Of a stretch of DNA of 64,000 nucleotides, positions 30,139 to 40,886 are shown piece by piece; position 1 is the stretch's first letter; each line of letters starts with the position of its first letter. The stretch lies in the IMG/VR virus record IMGVR_UViG_3300044843_001102; one strand, written 5' to 3'. This stretch comes from an uncultured virus (IMG/VR IMGVR_UViG_3300044843_001102) (Duplodnaviria; Heunggongvirae; Uroviricota; Caudoviricetes). The notes under the pieces were generated by a model that worked only from the letters and a program-made list of their open reading frames with translations, ran no database searches and had not been told where the DNA came from. A program made the position numbers and the translations under genes.

Positions 30139-30223
30139 TGGTGGCTTGCGTCCAACTGCATTTCCCTACAGCGGGAAACCGTTGATTGAACCCCATTCTG
30201 TTTGGGGTCTATCGCAAGCCACC
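30139..30223 (-). ncRNA. Candidate branched RNA ending in ACCA
   Basis: 11-bp GGTGGCTTGCG/CGCAAGCCACC stem enclosing two hairpins. Confidence 0.5.
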
Positions 30224-30229
30224 GTTTGA

Positions 30230-31045
30230 CTACTCGGCGTCGGTCGCCTCAATCTCGTCATCGGCATCGACCGACTCAGCATCGAGATCGAGGTCATCGC
30301 CGTCATCCGAATCCGCTTCAGCGTCAACCGAAGCGGTATTCAGCGAACCGAGGACACCGGCGAGAGTGTCGCGAGCGGCGATTGCCTCGTCACGCTCGGC
30401 GCGAACCTTACGGAGCAGATCGAGCAACTCAGCCTTGGTCAGCTTATCTTCCGACTTGCCACCCTGTTGAGCGAACGCAAGCGCCGCCTGCGGATTGAGA
30501 TACTGACCATCGGCGTTGCACTCGAACGCCAACTTTGCCTTGGACGGACGACCAGCGCCAAACGGCTCAACCTTGCTGGTCTCAGGGTTAACGAACAAAC
30601 GAGGAGCCTTCTTGGTAGCAGTCTTGGTAGCCATGGTATTCACCTTCTTGGTATTGGTATTGATATTGGAAACAACCGCCGAAACCTTTTCAGTATTAGC
30701 GCAGTCAGCGGTACGCTGCACCAACCTTTCAACAATCTTACCACCCTCAGAGATTAGCGTCAAGGCCACATCCTTATCCGCAATCTTGTAAACCGAGAAC
30801 GAACTTCCGGGTTGCTGAGTCTCAAAGATAACCGAACGCATACGCAGACTCGACAGGATCGACTTGACCTTCTGTTGCGAACGAGCAACATCGTTGTTGA
30901 ACTGCGACATGATTTGCGGTTTACCCGCAACAGTGATGAACGACGCACCCTTGGGGTTTTCGTTCAGGATCGACAGGACTTGCGAATAGAACGGCAAGTC
31001 AGCGTTCGTGTAGAGGAAATTTCCGATCTTGGTGTTCGTGCTCAT
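30230..31045 (-). CDS. GC-rich early protein with an acidic C-terminal tail
   Basis: 271 aa, GAGG RBS, first long ORF downstream of the promoter array. Confidence 0.75.
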   Translation of the reverse strand: MSTNTKIGNFLYTNADLPFYSQVLSILNENPKGASFITVAGKPQIMSQFNNDVARSQQKVKSILSSLRMRSVIFETQQPGSSFSVYKIADKDVALTLISEGGKIVERLVQRTADCANTEKVSAVVSNINTNTKKVNTMATKTATKKAPRLFVNPETSKVEPFGAGRPSKAKLAFECNADGQYLNPQAALAFAQQGGKSEDKLTKAELLDLLRKVRAERDEAIAARDTLAGVLGSLNTASVDAEADSDDGDDLDLDAESVDADDEIEATDAE

Positions 31046-31087
31046 TGTAACCTCGCATGGTTAGGGGTTTGCTTCACACTTACTCGG

Positions 31088-31161
31088 CCCGCCTTGCAAG
31101 ACTCGAACTTGCGACCCTCTGCTTAGAAGGCAGATGCTCTATCCAACTGAGCTAAAGGCGG
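31088..31161 (-). tRNA. tRNA-Arg(TCT)
   Basis: Cloverleaf, loop CTTCTAA; CCA not encoded. Confidence 0.92.
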
Positions 31162-31289
31162 ATTAATCGTACTCACTCTACGTCACGCACTTATTGCGTG
31201 TCGTCTTGATTGCGATGTGGAAGGTCTCGTGACTTCGCAGACCACGGCAGTCCATCATCTTTGCAGAGCAACTCTGTGCTCGCAATCGT

Positions 31290-31308
31290 TATTCAGTTAT
31301 CAAAGATC
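31290..31308 (-). promoter_or_regulatory. rrn-type boxA-like antitermination site
   Basis: GATCTTTGATAACTGAATA just downstream of a leader hairpin and promoter. Confidence 0.6.
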
Positions 31309-31351
31309 CGATGCGGAGTGGGTGAACGCGAAGCTCACCGCCGACTTAGGG

Positions 31352-32010
31352 ATTGTACACCAAGTAGATTCGCTTGTCAAGAGCTTGCAGTATCACGTTT
31401 CCGATTTCTGCTTCTCTCCGTCGTTTCGCGAACCGCTCAGGCTCGCTCACATTCAGGAGTTTACCACAACTTCGAACCGTTGTCAAGCCCTCGCAGTATC
31501 GCGTTTCTCAGTACCGCGTTTCTTAATCTCGGCAACCGCTCAGGTCGCCGTCACAGTCAGGATCTTACCACAACTCGGAACCGCTGTCAATACCTCGCGG
31601 TCTCACGTTTCGGTTCAGTTAGCCGTTCAGCAGAATAACCAATTTGGCAATCGTCAGACCAAGAACAATACCCTTCAGTGCGTCATTCGTAATCGACATT
31701 TCGCCTCCTTGCGGAACCATTCCGCGTTTAGTAGTCTACCACAACCAGATTCGGTTGTCAAGCCCTCGCAGTATCACGTTTGCGAATCTACTCGGTTTTC
31801 AAGGAGCGTTTGCGGTTTCAGAGCGCGAAGCCCGTTTCCCGCGTTGACCTTAGTAGCTTACCACAACTTGGAACGGTTGTCAAGACCTCGCAGTCTCGCG
31901 TTCCCCGGTTTGCCGTTTGCCGTTTCGAGAAACCGCGCAGGTCTCTCGCTTTGACTTAGGTATCTTACCCGATCTGTTTGCTGGCGTCAAGACCTCTCAG
32001 TCTGCCGTTT
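31352..32010 (-). repeat. Tandem array of six sigma70 promoters with a conserved upstream element
   Basis: -35 boxes at 31375, 31481, 31585, 31756, 31878 and 31985, each 17 bp from a TAnnnT -10 box; shared AAACGyGAkACyGCGAGG upstream. Confidence 0.9.
31619..31699 (-). CDS. 26-aa hydrophobic micropeptide MSITNDALKGIVLGLTIAKLVILLNG
   Basis: AAGGAGG RBS 4 nt before the ATG, directly downstream of one array promoter. Confidence 0.7.
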   Translation of the reverse strand: MSITNDALKGIVLGLTIAKLVILLNG

Positions 32011-32795
32011 GGCTTTCAGTCCCTCATATACAAAGTGAGGCATAAAGATCTTTTTTTTCAGTGTCACATATGCTTTCAGCGGAATATGCTGAGGAAGTTA
32101 AATGCCTACTTTATCGAGAATGATTATTAAGTAATAAAGTATTCAACAATCAAATAAATAGAACTATTAATCTTTATTAAGTTCTAATCTTTATTAAGTT
32201 TTAAAGGTATTAACTCTTCATATCTTAAATAATCAAGAACAATTCTTGGATTCTCCAGAGCAACTATTTTATAAGAGTATCTGTGATCCCGAATCATATG
32301 TGATGATGATTCAATAGGTTTTTCCTTAGACGAGACTACAAATAATACTTCATTACTTGCTGTTTTATAACCAGATAAAATTTTATACATGTACCAAACA
32401 TGTGGAGCGGTTAAAACAATGTCTCCAACCTCATATTCGTATTCATCATACAAGATAGTTATTCCGTTTTCGATTTTTTCTTTTATACCATGAATATTGT
32501 TTGCCACGGAATAATTTGACATATCGCCCTCTCTCTCGTATATGCGGGCAGGGGTATAGGGGTGTAGTAGTGGGGTGGAGTAGTACTATCCCACTATATG
32601 TCTACTACCTTTTACCAATCTCGCATGGACGAAGCAACATCACGATAATAACCAAGATCAACATCCAAATCGTCAACATCATAGATTTCGATTAGATCAT
32701 CTTCTTTGTCTCCGCTGGACTTCGATTCCTTAGAAACAATCTGCTTCTTTGGTTTCTTTCGTTTCACTACCTTTTCTGCGAAAACTGAATCAGTA

Positions 32796-33293
32796 TCAGT
32801 CATCTTGTTCATCTTCTTCTTCATCTTTGATTCCTCTTTGATCGCAATACTTCTTCTGACATTCATCACACCGACAAGTATTCCAACTGGTGTATCTAAT
32901 CTTCCCAGGGTTTCCGCATTGTTCGCAAGTAACAATTGCCATGTTCTCGGCAAAAACGATTAGGTTATTAACTACTTCATCGGCACCGCTGGTATAAACT
33001 CGCAGACCACCAAACTTTTCCTTGATCTGGAAGAACTCAACCTGTTTGTATTCTGGATTCTTTCTCTGCTGGTAATCAACATGATTTTGAATCGTCCAGC
33101 AAAGGACATTCATAATGTTATACCAACCATCACCAACACCAATCCCATACGACATAAGACTAATCGTATCAGGAAGGTTCCTTTGGGCAAAGAGTTTGGG
33201 ATACTTTTCATACAATTTGTTTTCGAGTTCTTCTCTCATTTTGGTTCCCTTACTTGAAATCCTAATTCGTAGTATGTGTGAAACTCTGTACAA
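32796..33293 (-). CDS. Conserved phage hypothetical protein
   Basis: GDGW, QIKEKFGGLR and CEQCG motifs. Confidence 0.7.
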   Translation of the reverse strand: MYRVSHILRIRISSKGTKMREELENKLYEKYPKLFAQRNLPDTISLMSYGIGVGDGWYNIMNVLCWTIQNHVDYQQRKNPEYKQVEFFQIKEKFGGLRVYTSGADEVVNNLIVFAENMAIVTCEQCGNPGKIRYTSWNTCRCDECQKKYCDQRGIKDEEEDEQDD

Positions 33294-33926
33294 ACATCAA
33301 GAGTTTCTTTATAAAATGAACAATAAGAGTAAGCAGGACCAGTTTCTGGATCTCTATGAGTGAGTTCTTTCCAATACCAAACTTTCTCTATAATGAGAAT
33401 ATCTTTGCGATCTTTTGGTTCGCTATTCCTGATTCTCAGGGTTTTCGTTGTCTTCGGTCTTTGGTTCTCCCCAGACATATCGGACTGCTCCATACTTGAG
33501 AGAGATTGTAAACCCTTCGTCATTTCCTGTCAACTCGGTTGATTTCGGCCAATTCAAATATGAATATTGACCTTCTTTAATTTCATCCCCACTAAATTTA
33601 ACAAAAGTGGTTGAGATGCCAGCAACAACTCTTCGCTTTTTAACTGGAGTTCCATGGAAATCAACCATGGTCAATACTGCTCCCTCTGTCATTCGCCGTT
33701 TGAGTTCGGCAACTGTAAGTTTCTTTTGTTTAACTGCTTTAACCCTCGGCATTGTATTCTCCTGTTAGAAATTTTTCAACAATCTCTTCTGCTTCTTCTT
33801 TCGTTCGACAAGGGATGGATCGCTCTTCACTTTTTCCATCCTTCCATTCCGTAACCAAGTGAGCATAATAACCTGCCCACATTTCACTAATATCTGCTGA
33901 AATGAATCCTTCTCTGTGAACCATCG

Positions 33927-34463
33927 TCATAAATCACCTATGTAATCCTTCCATTCTTCCGGCCAAGTTATATTGGCTCTGGACTTGTTTAGTATTTCAA
34001 AACTATCCGGAACATAAGGTTCTCGAATAAGTTTCATTCCTGATTGATAAGGTGTTCTATCTTTTTTCTTTTGATTACAAGGAACACAACAAGCAACAAT
34101 ATTCTTCCAATTTGTCTTTCCGCCTTGAGAAACAGGCAGGACATGATCAAATGTAAAGTTCTTTCGTTCCAATTTAACACGGCAATACTGACATTCACTA
34201 TTGTCGCGGAGCAATACATTTGCTCTATTGAATTTTGCTGACTTCGATTGTTTGCTTCTTCTAATCACACCCTTTACAAAGCGGACAATTGAAGGAACAT
34301 TAAAGGTTTCACTGATGGTGTTTACCACCTTGTCTTTGTGGAACTCAATGACTTCAACTCGACCAGAGAACCAAAGGCAAAATGCCTCTTTCCAGTCAAC
34401 ATAGCGCATAGGCTGATATGCTGTGCTTAAAACCAGTGTGTCCATAACATCCCCGTATCTCAC
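33927..34463 (-). CDS. HNH endonuclease (McrA-like)
   Basis: LRD..CQYC, TFDHVLP.SQGG, W.NIVACC.PCN.KK. Confidence 0.9.
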   Translation of the reverse strand: MRYGDVMDTLVLSTAYQPMRYVDWKEAFCLWFSGRVEVIEFHKDKVVNTISETFNVPSIVRFVKGVIRRSKQSKSAKFNRANVLLRDNSECQYCRVKLERKNFTFDHVLPVSQGGKTNWKNIVACCVPCNQKKKDRTPYQSGMKLIREPYVPDSFEILNKSRANITWPEEWKDYIGDL

Positions 34464-34479
34464 TCACAAGTAGGTAGGT

Positions 34480-34508
34480 AGTATGGCACCTCTCTTCTAC
34501 TCTGTCAA
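34480..34508 (-). promoter_or_regulatory. sigma70-type promoter
   Basis: TTGACA-17-CATACT. Confidence 0.6.
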
Positions 34509-37500
34509 GTCTGTTTATCTCTTCTTATTCTCTTCCAATCACGATATGCATCATCAAGATATATCCAAGATTTTACTGGAACTACTTCTTGAAATTCAAA
34601 CATAGTGTATGATGGAGAAAAATGATCGCTTTCATAATCTTTGGTAAAGACTTTTCGTGCAAATTGATCTCTGTAATCAATGTAATAAACTCTTCCATTT
34701 TCAACAAATGATTCACCAGTGGATAAACGAAACAATTCAACTGGTTTTTCTAACCTAACTTTGAGCACAATGATCTTAGTCCTTGCCTTTGTATTCGTAT
34801 CCAATAACGCCCCCATCTTTACACCACCACTTTCTACCATCTGAATAAATAATAGCAGGCTTACCGTAATCTCTATGTAAGAGACTGTTTCTAAACCACA
34901 GCTTACTTCCTTCCCGATCAATTCTTAATAAGAAGACATTAATCATTTGAATAAATTTCCCTTAATTTGGACCACTTGATTTTCTTTTGCTTCGATAAAG
35001 TTTTTACATTCGTTCTTGTCTTGATTTAATCCACTTTCAGCATGAAAGTATGCTTGCCATTTGCTGGATGGGGCCAAATATCGCCAACACTTATCTTTCA
35101 TTGGGCAATCAGTTCCACGGCATTTTGATATATCAGCCATGTTTCTCCTTATTATAGAATCCACTTGGTTCCATAAATCTCTTCATAAAGTTCTTCTGGA
35201 ATTGTCAAAGCATAATCTTGGCTATCTGTTTCTCCGCACTTGGGACAAAACCAACGCACCACATCTTCGCTAATCTTTTCACAATTATATTCCGCTCTAC
35301 ATTTTACGCAAATTTGTGGCCCTAACATTCTTAACCCACCAAATAATTATCGCTCTTGTATTCCGTGATCACTTGCCACAGCAATCTTAGCAGAGACTCG
35401 TCTGCGTGTAAATAGCACGAATAGCAACAAACCCACATAGGTTTATCGCCAATGACTCCTGCTTTCTCACGACGGATTGGGAATTTCATTTTGTCTCTAA
35501 CTCTTTTAGAATCTCTTCTGATTCTTTTGTGATCTCTTTATAATATTCAATTCGTTCTTCAAGCTCTTCTGGACTACCAACGCGAGGTACGCCATGATCG
35601 CTTGCAACAAGAATCTTATCACCGTTTGAGTTCTGCGTCAAGTACCATTCAGAATCACAAGCCCAAGCTCTCCAAAGAACAGGAAATGATTTGATAAGTG
35701 TCAATTGGTTTTGTTGTAGGAATTGATCAATGTTCATTTTGACCTCACTTTGACTGGATAATGCCACACACCATTTACATACGCAGAAGTCCAGAGTTCT
35801 CCACCAATACATTTATGAATTGGTACTTCTCCTGTTTTCTTATCGTAATCAAAGTCTTGTAAGCATCGTTTGCACTCTACTTTACCAAAATAACTTCTTC
35901 CCTCATCATCAGACCAGTTAGGCATTTGATTTCTCCGGATTGTTCTTCATCTCATCAAGATCTTTTCTCATGATCTCGGCAACTTGCTTCAGTTCTTCTT
36001 CCGAAAGGTGATCCAACTTCTGGATGATTTCAGGATCTCTGATGATCAGTTTTCCGTCAATTAATTCGTAGGGTTTCATTTTTACTTCTTGTCTAATCTT
36101 CAACGCAGTTTCTATTTTTTAGATAATCACGCACGCCGTCTGCATAACCTTCCTCAAAAGCAACAGGGTCAAAAGATACAGGAATTAAAAGAATGTCTAC
36201 TCCATCAGCCCATTGCTTGTATAGTATTTCAACGGGAACGTTGTGGTATTCAGTGTTCAGACCTCTGTGATAACCAGCATTGTAAGAATAAGCACTCATT
36301 TTGATTCCTCTTGCTCCTGCTCTACAATTCCATCCATTTCTAGAATGAATCGTTTCAGGTCATTTTTGGTAATGTTCAGAATTTCATGGGCAGGTTTTTC
36401 AAAAAGAATACTTTGTTTGAGGGCTTCAATGATAATGAATTCATCAAAAATCGTGTCGCTTTTGCATACGAATTTTTTGCTCATTTTGATTCCTTGTCGT
36501 TGGTGATTTCAATTTTGCTGATTTGTAAAGGGATGTAAGGAGCGTAGATCCCTAATGGACTAAAAAGATCGCAATCGCAAGTTGTGTCATCTTGATACCA
36601 AGAACACTCCTTTAAGTGTTTGGATCTGATTCCTTTTTCATCAGTCATAACCACTCTCGCAATAAACCATCCAGTAAGGAGTTTTATTTTGATATCCGCC
36701 AGCATATCCGTTAGGTGGAATGAATGTGTGTCTTGGAAGTTCAACCTCTACCGACCACTCGACAAATTTTTCCAAAGAAGGAAACTCCATAGGCGTTGAT
36801 TGTGATGGATATTTCCACCCTTTGTAGGTTTCGTTACCATCCCTGTCCAAAAAAATAAACTTCATTCTTAGTCCTTCACAATCTTGCGAACCTTATCGGC
36901 AATAGAATTTCCATCATCATCCTCAAAAGCCCAATCACGCAAACAATCAGTTTCATAAATGATTTTGAGAAGTTCTTTCATCTCTTCGTTTTGTTCTTCA
37001 AGAACATTAATCTTCAAATACAAATCTCTTTCCATTTCCATCATATTCTTTTTGGTCTTTTCAAGAGCGTCTTTGTATTGTTGAATTTGAACTCCACGAC
37101 CTTGAAATGTATCGCGGTTATTTTCTGGGTTCATATCAGGCATTTGATTCATTCATCCTTTCCATAAAGGACTCTTCACTATGATCGCCAGAATAGAGAT
37201 AATCAATGTGTCTCATTTCTTCTGCGATCTTGCGGAGTTCAACAACTTTCTGTCGAAGGTAGTTTAGGGTTTCTTCACTAAGTTCAGGAGCATAACCCCA
37301 TTCATCCTTAGTGTTATTCCGTTCGATTTCATTATCGAGTTCATCAGCAAACTGATATACTTGATAATAGATGTATCCGTTTCCGTTAAAGTGTCCGCCA
37401 CTCATTTTGATTCCTTACATGTGCATTGCTGATCTTCATAACCAGCATCACACTTGGCACAATCGTACCACTTGGAAGGTTTCTTGTCAAACGCTCCACA

Positions 37501-37988
37501 ACTACAATCATGCCAATCTTTATGCCAACCACAAGTTGGAGAATGTTTCGGTTGTTCGTTCTTGACACTCATCTTACCATCCACAATAGCACAAGTCAAG
37601 GAGCAATAAGCATCGCCTTCATGATCATCTTTGACCTCAACCATTCGGTGAGAGCGGGTTTCATCTGGAATAGAAAAGTGAACTCGTCTTTGGTCGCAAT
37701 CTTTGTAAGAGCAGGGAATGGTTTTCATGGTGTTTCCTATTCTAGATAGAAGCATTCATTCTTTTTGTATGGAAATAAACCTTCTGCTTTTGTGATATTC
37801 CACACCTTAGATATTGAATTATCTGAACCATATCGAATATATAACTCAATTTTATTCTTATAAGATTTCTTCATCCAACTCTACCCAAACCCTAACCCTT
37901 TTTGCCTGATTCTTTAAGCCAAACCATTCATAACGAAGGTTTCTGATTTTGTTATAATAAAAAATTTCAACTTGCAATTCAATTGTTC

Positions 37989-38396
37989 TCATAGCTTCAT
38001 CACTTCAAAGTGCCCGTATTCAGTTGAGTAAAATACTCTCTTGACTCCACAGAATCTCATTGCCTCTTGACACATTGGACAGGGCTTGGAGTTTCTGTAT
38101 TGATTCTCGTAATTCACTCTCACCACATAAATATCAGAACCTTCGGTTGACTCACGGGGCATATTGAGGATTGCCCCAAGTTCAGCATGGAGAGTTGCCT
38201 GACCCTTTGATCTACAACGGAATCTGCTTCCAAACGAACAAGGCTTATCCTTGTTGTGGGAAGCATTAAGGACAACACCATGGTGAACCAAAACAGCACC
38301 ATGACGAAACTTCCCGTAACTGGAAAGTTCCGCCATTCTCTTTGCGAATCCAAAGAGTCGCTCGTTTCTTCTGGTAAGTTCTATTCTGTTTGCCAT
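37989..38396 (-). CDS. Cytidine/dCMP deaminase-family protein
   Basis: HGAVL, LHAE, PCPMC. Confidence 0.88.
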   Translation of the reverse strand: MANRIELTRRNERLFGFAKRMAELSSYGKFRHGAVLVHHGVVLNASHNKDKPCSFGSRFRCRSKGQATLHAELGAILNMPRESTEGSDIYVVRVNYENQYRNSKPCPMCQEAMRFCGVKRVFYSTEYGHFEVMKL

Positions 38397-38789
38397 TTTT
38401 CATCCAATAACTGCGACTGCTTTAGTTTTCCAGATTTTCCCGTCAGTCAGCCAGTTGTAATAAAGCATATACTTACAAGAAGAACGAGAGGGAATATATG
38501 TATTGTCTATTTCAACTTTAAGATGATAAACTTTCATTGTTAAGCAATCATATCCGATTCTGGTTCCAACATTTCTTCGATCTTATCAAGATCAATTTCT
38601 TCTCCTGCCAGCACAAGCAGACACCCAATAGTAGCAGGGTCGTCAATATCTGGCAAGCAGTTTTTAATTTGTTTAGAATTCCAATTATCCACAAGTGGAG
38701 GAGTTAGACGAATGGGATGCCATTCATCCTCAACAGGAATGTAGGCGAGCATACCTTCCATCCAAATAAAGTTCTTGGAATTAACAATT

Positions 38790-39191
38790 CTAATCGCCTT
38801 CCTTTGGTTCATCTTTTTCCTCGCTTGGTTCATCCTTCTTTGGGAAGAAAGGTGAAATATCATCAGAAAATATATCCTGTTTCATATCATTTACAATTTC
38901 CCAATAACGATCATTATCTCTAGCACAATCTTCTGGATAAGTATTGTATGTATGAATCACATGGGGAGGAACAAATTCCAAGTTCTCTCGTAGTTCTTTT
39001 TCACTAACAGAGAAATCATAATGCATCTCCATATCATAAGCGATACTGCCTCTAACTTCATCTGTCGATGAGAAGTCAAGAGAACCAGAATAGATTTCAT
39101 CTTCATTCGCAAGACTAATCTCATGAACAACTTCCAACAACTTTTCTCTCAACTCTTTCGCAGTATAAGTTGTCAATCTGATATAAGGCAT
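38790..39191 (-). CDS. Hypothetical acidic protein
   Basis: Start trimmed to MPYIRL after the GGAG RBS to avoid overlap with tmRNA. Confidence 0.55.
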   Translation of the reverse strand: MPYIRLTTYTAKELREKLLEVVHEISLANEDEIYSGSLDFSSTDEVRGSIAYDMEMHYDFSVSEKELRENLEFVPPHVIHTYNTYPEDCARDNDRYWEIVNDMKQDIFSDDISPFFPKKDEPSEEKDEPKEGD

Positions 39192-39204
39192 TTTATTCTC
39201 CGCT

Positions 39205-39563
39205 TGGTGGATCTGGCGGGAGTCGAACCCGCGTCTCACATAGTTTTTATGATTACTCATTCACAGGAATAGTCAAGCACCCAACCTACCCTTGACAAAA
39301 CACCTGGGTTACAGGGACTTCATACTGATTTATTCAGGGCAAAACCAGTTAGAAAAGCCGATGAATCTTGTTTTCGATAAGATTCCAACCTATCCAAACT
39401 TATTTTACAGAGTGTTTGGAGACTCCGTGATTTAAGCCGCTACGGCGTAATCAAAAGCAACGTTGTCGTTGGCAATTAAACATTTAAGCGTTTTTACGAT
39501 GCCTCGCTCCCCATCGTCCTGCATAATCATAAAACTCTACCCGATCGATACCATTTCAGACCC
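39205..39563 (-). ncRNA. ssrA: tmRNA (one-piece), tag ANDNVAFDYAVAA
   Basis: GGGTCTG/CAGATCC acceptor stem with G3-U70, GGTTCGACTCC T-arm, ACCA end; tag ORF 39473-39432. Confidence 0.95.
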
Positions 39564-40060
39564 GTTAATTGTTTAATCAGACTTCTCTTCCAGAGAAAAG
39601 AACTCGCCATTGTCAATTGAATTCTCAACTTCCCTTAACAACTTAAGGGCATGAATGAGCTTGATAAAATGTGGAGGACACGAAATCATATTCGGACCTT
39701 CCACCTCAATCAAATCAGTTGACAACATTCTTTCAGATTCTTGGCAGAACAACGATTCCAAATTAGAAATGTTGGTGCCAAGATTGTGCTTTACCGATGA
39801 CTTTGTAGACCAGTAATATTTGCTCATATCTACCTCGTTCTCATACCCTTAGCATAGCAAGGCAGAGATTTCCAGTCAAATTGTTTATGAAAGTAGTTAT
39901 AGAAATACTTTTGATCCTGCTGAAACCTAACCATCTCAACAGATTCTCTCTGTTCACACCAAACACAAAATCCGTTGGAGTTAATGTCTCTCGAATCGTG
40001 TTCGACTTTACACTTTTTACATACGACAAGCATAGCAAAACCCTCCTCTCTATATACCTA

Positions 40061-40089
40061 ACTATAGCAGAGGAGGGTTTTTGTGTCAA
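40061..40089 (-). promoter_or_regulatory. sigma70-type promoter with an RBS-sequestering inverted repeat
   Basis: TTGACA-17-TATAGT; 13-bp inverted repeat 40037-40049 / 40069-40081. Confidence 0.8.
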
Positions 40090-40118
40090 GTGGGCGAATA
40101 ATCTTCTTTAGTTTGTTT

Positions 40119-40883
40119 TCATTTCTTCTTTGAAAGACTTTCTTCTATTGATCTAATATCTTTATTAAGTTTCATAATCTCAGCATTAAGAACTTTAACT
40201 CTCTTATTAAACTCTCTATCTTCCTTGATCTCAATTCTATTTGCTGGACTGGTATTTACAATCTCTTCTGTCATAGCGATTGAGGACTTAACACCATCAG
40301 ATTTGGAATTGCATTTGGTCTGCTCTTCCTTTTCCTTCTGCTCCCGCTTCTGTGAGTCTTGCGATCTTTGTGAATTTTCCATTTTCTTTGCTCTTCTTGC
40401 TTTTGTCGATGAAGATGCTACGGAAGAAACAACAGAGGCAATAGCAGCGGTTGCGATTGCTCCAGCAACGATTGGATCAATTACACCAGAGTTAACTGGG
40501 TTTATATCTCTACCTGTTGTTGGAGGAATAAGGGTAGATTCCACCACAGGTATTGTAGGTATGGTGGGGTCGTGTATGGGTGGTGTGGTGTCGGTGGGTA
40601 ATACGACAGCAGTTTCAGTTTTATGAATCTTTGGTTTTGGTTTCTCTCTTTTAATAGCGATCAATTTTTCCTCCTTTGGTTCTTCTTCTCTATAAACCAA
40701 CTGAGATCCACTTTGTAAATCGCAATCCGATATGTCGCTTATGATTGAACCATCAGGCATTCTGTATTTGCCCGATGATAATATCTCAACTTTCTCACCA
40801 GATTTGACAACACAAGCGGTTCCTTGTTTATCTTTGGTAAGTGTAGCAGAGGTTGCTTCTTTTGGCAAGAGAGTTTCATCCAA
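40119..40883 (-). CDS. Membrane-anchored hypothetical protein
   Basis: Pro/Thr linker, TM helix, coiled coil. Confidence 0.55.
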   Translation of the reverse strand: MDETLLPKEATSATLTKDKQGTACVVKSGEKVEILSSGKYRMPDGSIISDISDCDLQSGSQLVYREEEPKEEKLIAIKREKPKPKIHKTETAVVLPTDTTPPIHDPTIPTIPVVESTLIPPTTGRDINPVNSGVIDPIVAGAIATAAIASVVSSVASSSTKARRAKKMENSQRSQDSQKREQKEKEEQTKCNSKSDGVKSSIAMTEEIVNTSPANRIEIKEDREFNKRVKVLNAEIMKLNKDIRSIEESLSKKK

Positions 40884-40886
40884 TTC

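Noticed and set aside
29920..30196. ORFs 29984-30196 and the 5' extension of 29722-30000
   Set aside because: They overlap structured RNAs; the RBS-supported start is at 29919
31210..31954. Plus-strand ORFs of 142 and 245 aa
   Set aside because: No RBS or recognisable motif; they run antisense across the GC-rich promoter array
31352..32010. CRISPR array
   Set aside because: The repeats are degenerate promoter units with irregular spacing, and no cas genes are seen
32545..32600. GTAGT/GGGG-rich patch similar to 58047-58085
   Set aside because: Low-complexity similarity only; no definable unit or function
39192..39260. N-terminal extension of ORF 38790-39260
   Set aside because: Overlaps the tmRNA 3' end; there is a better start at 39191
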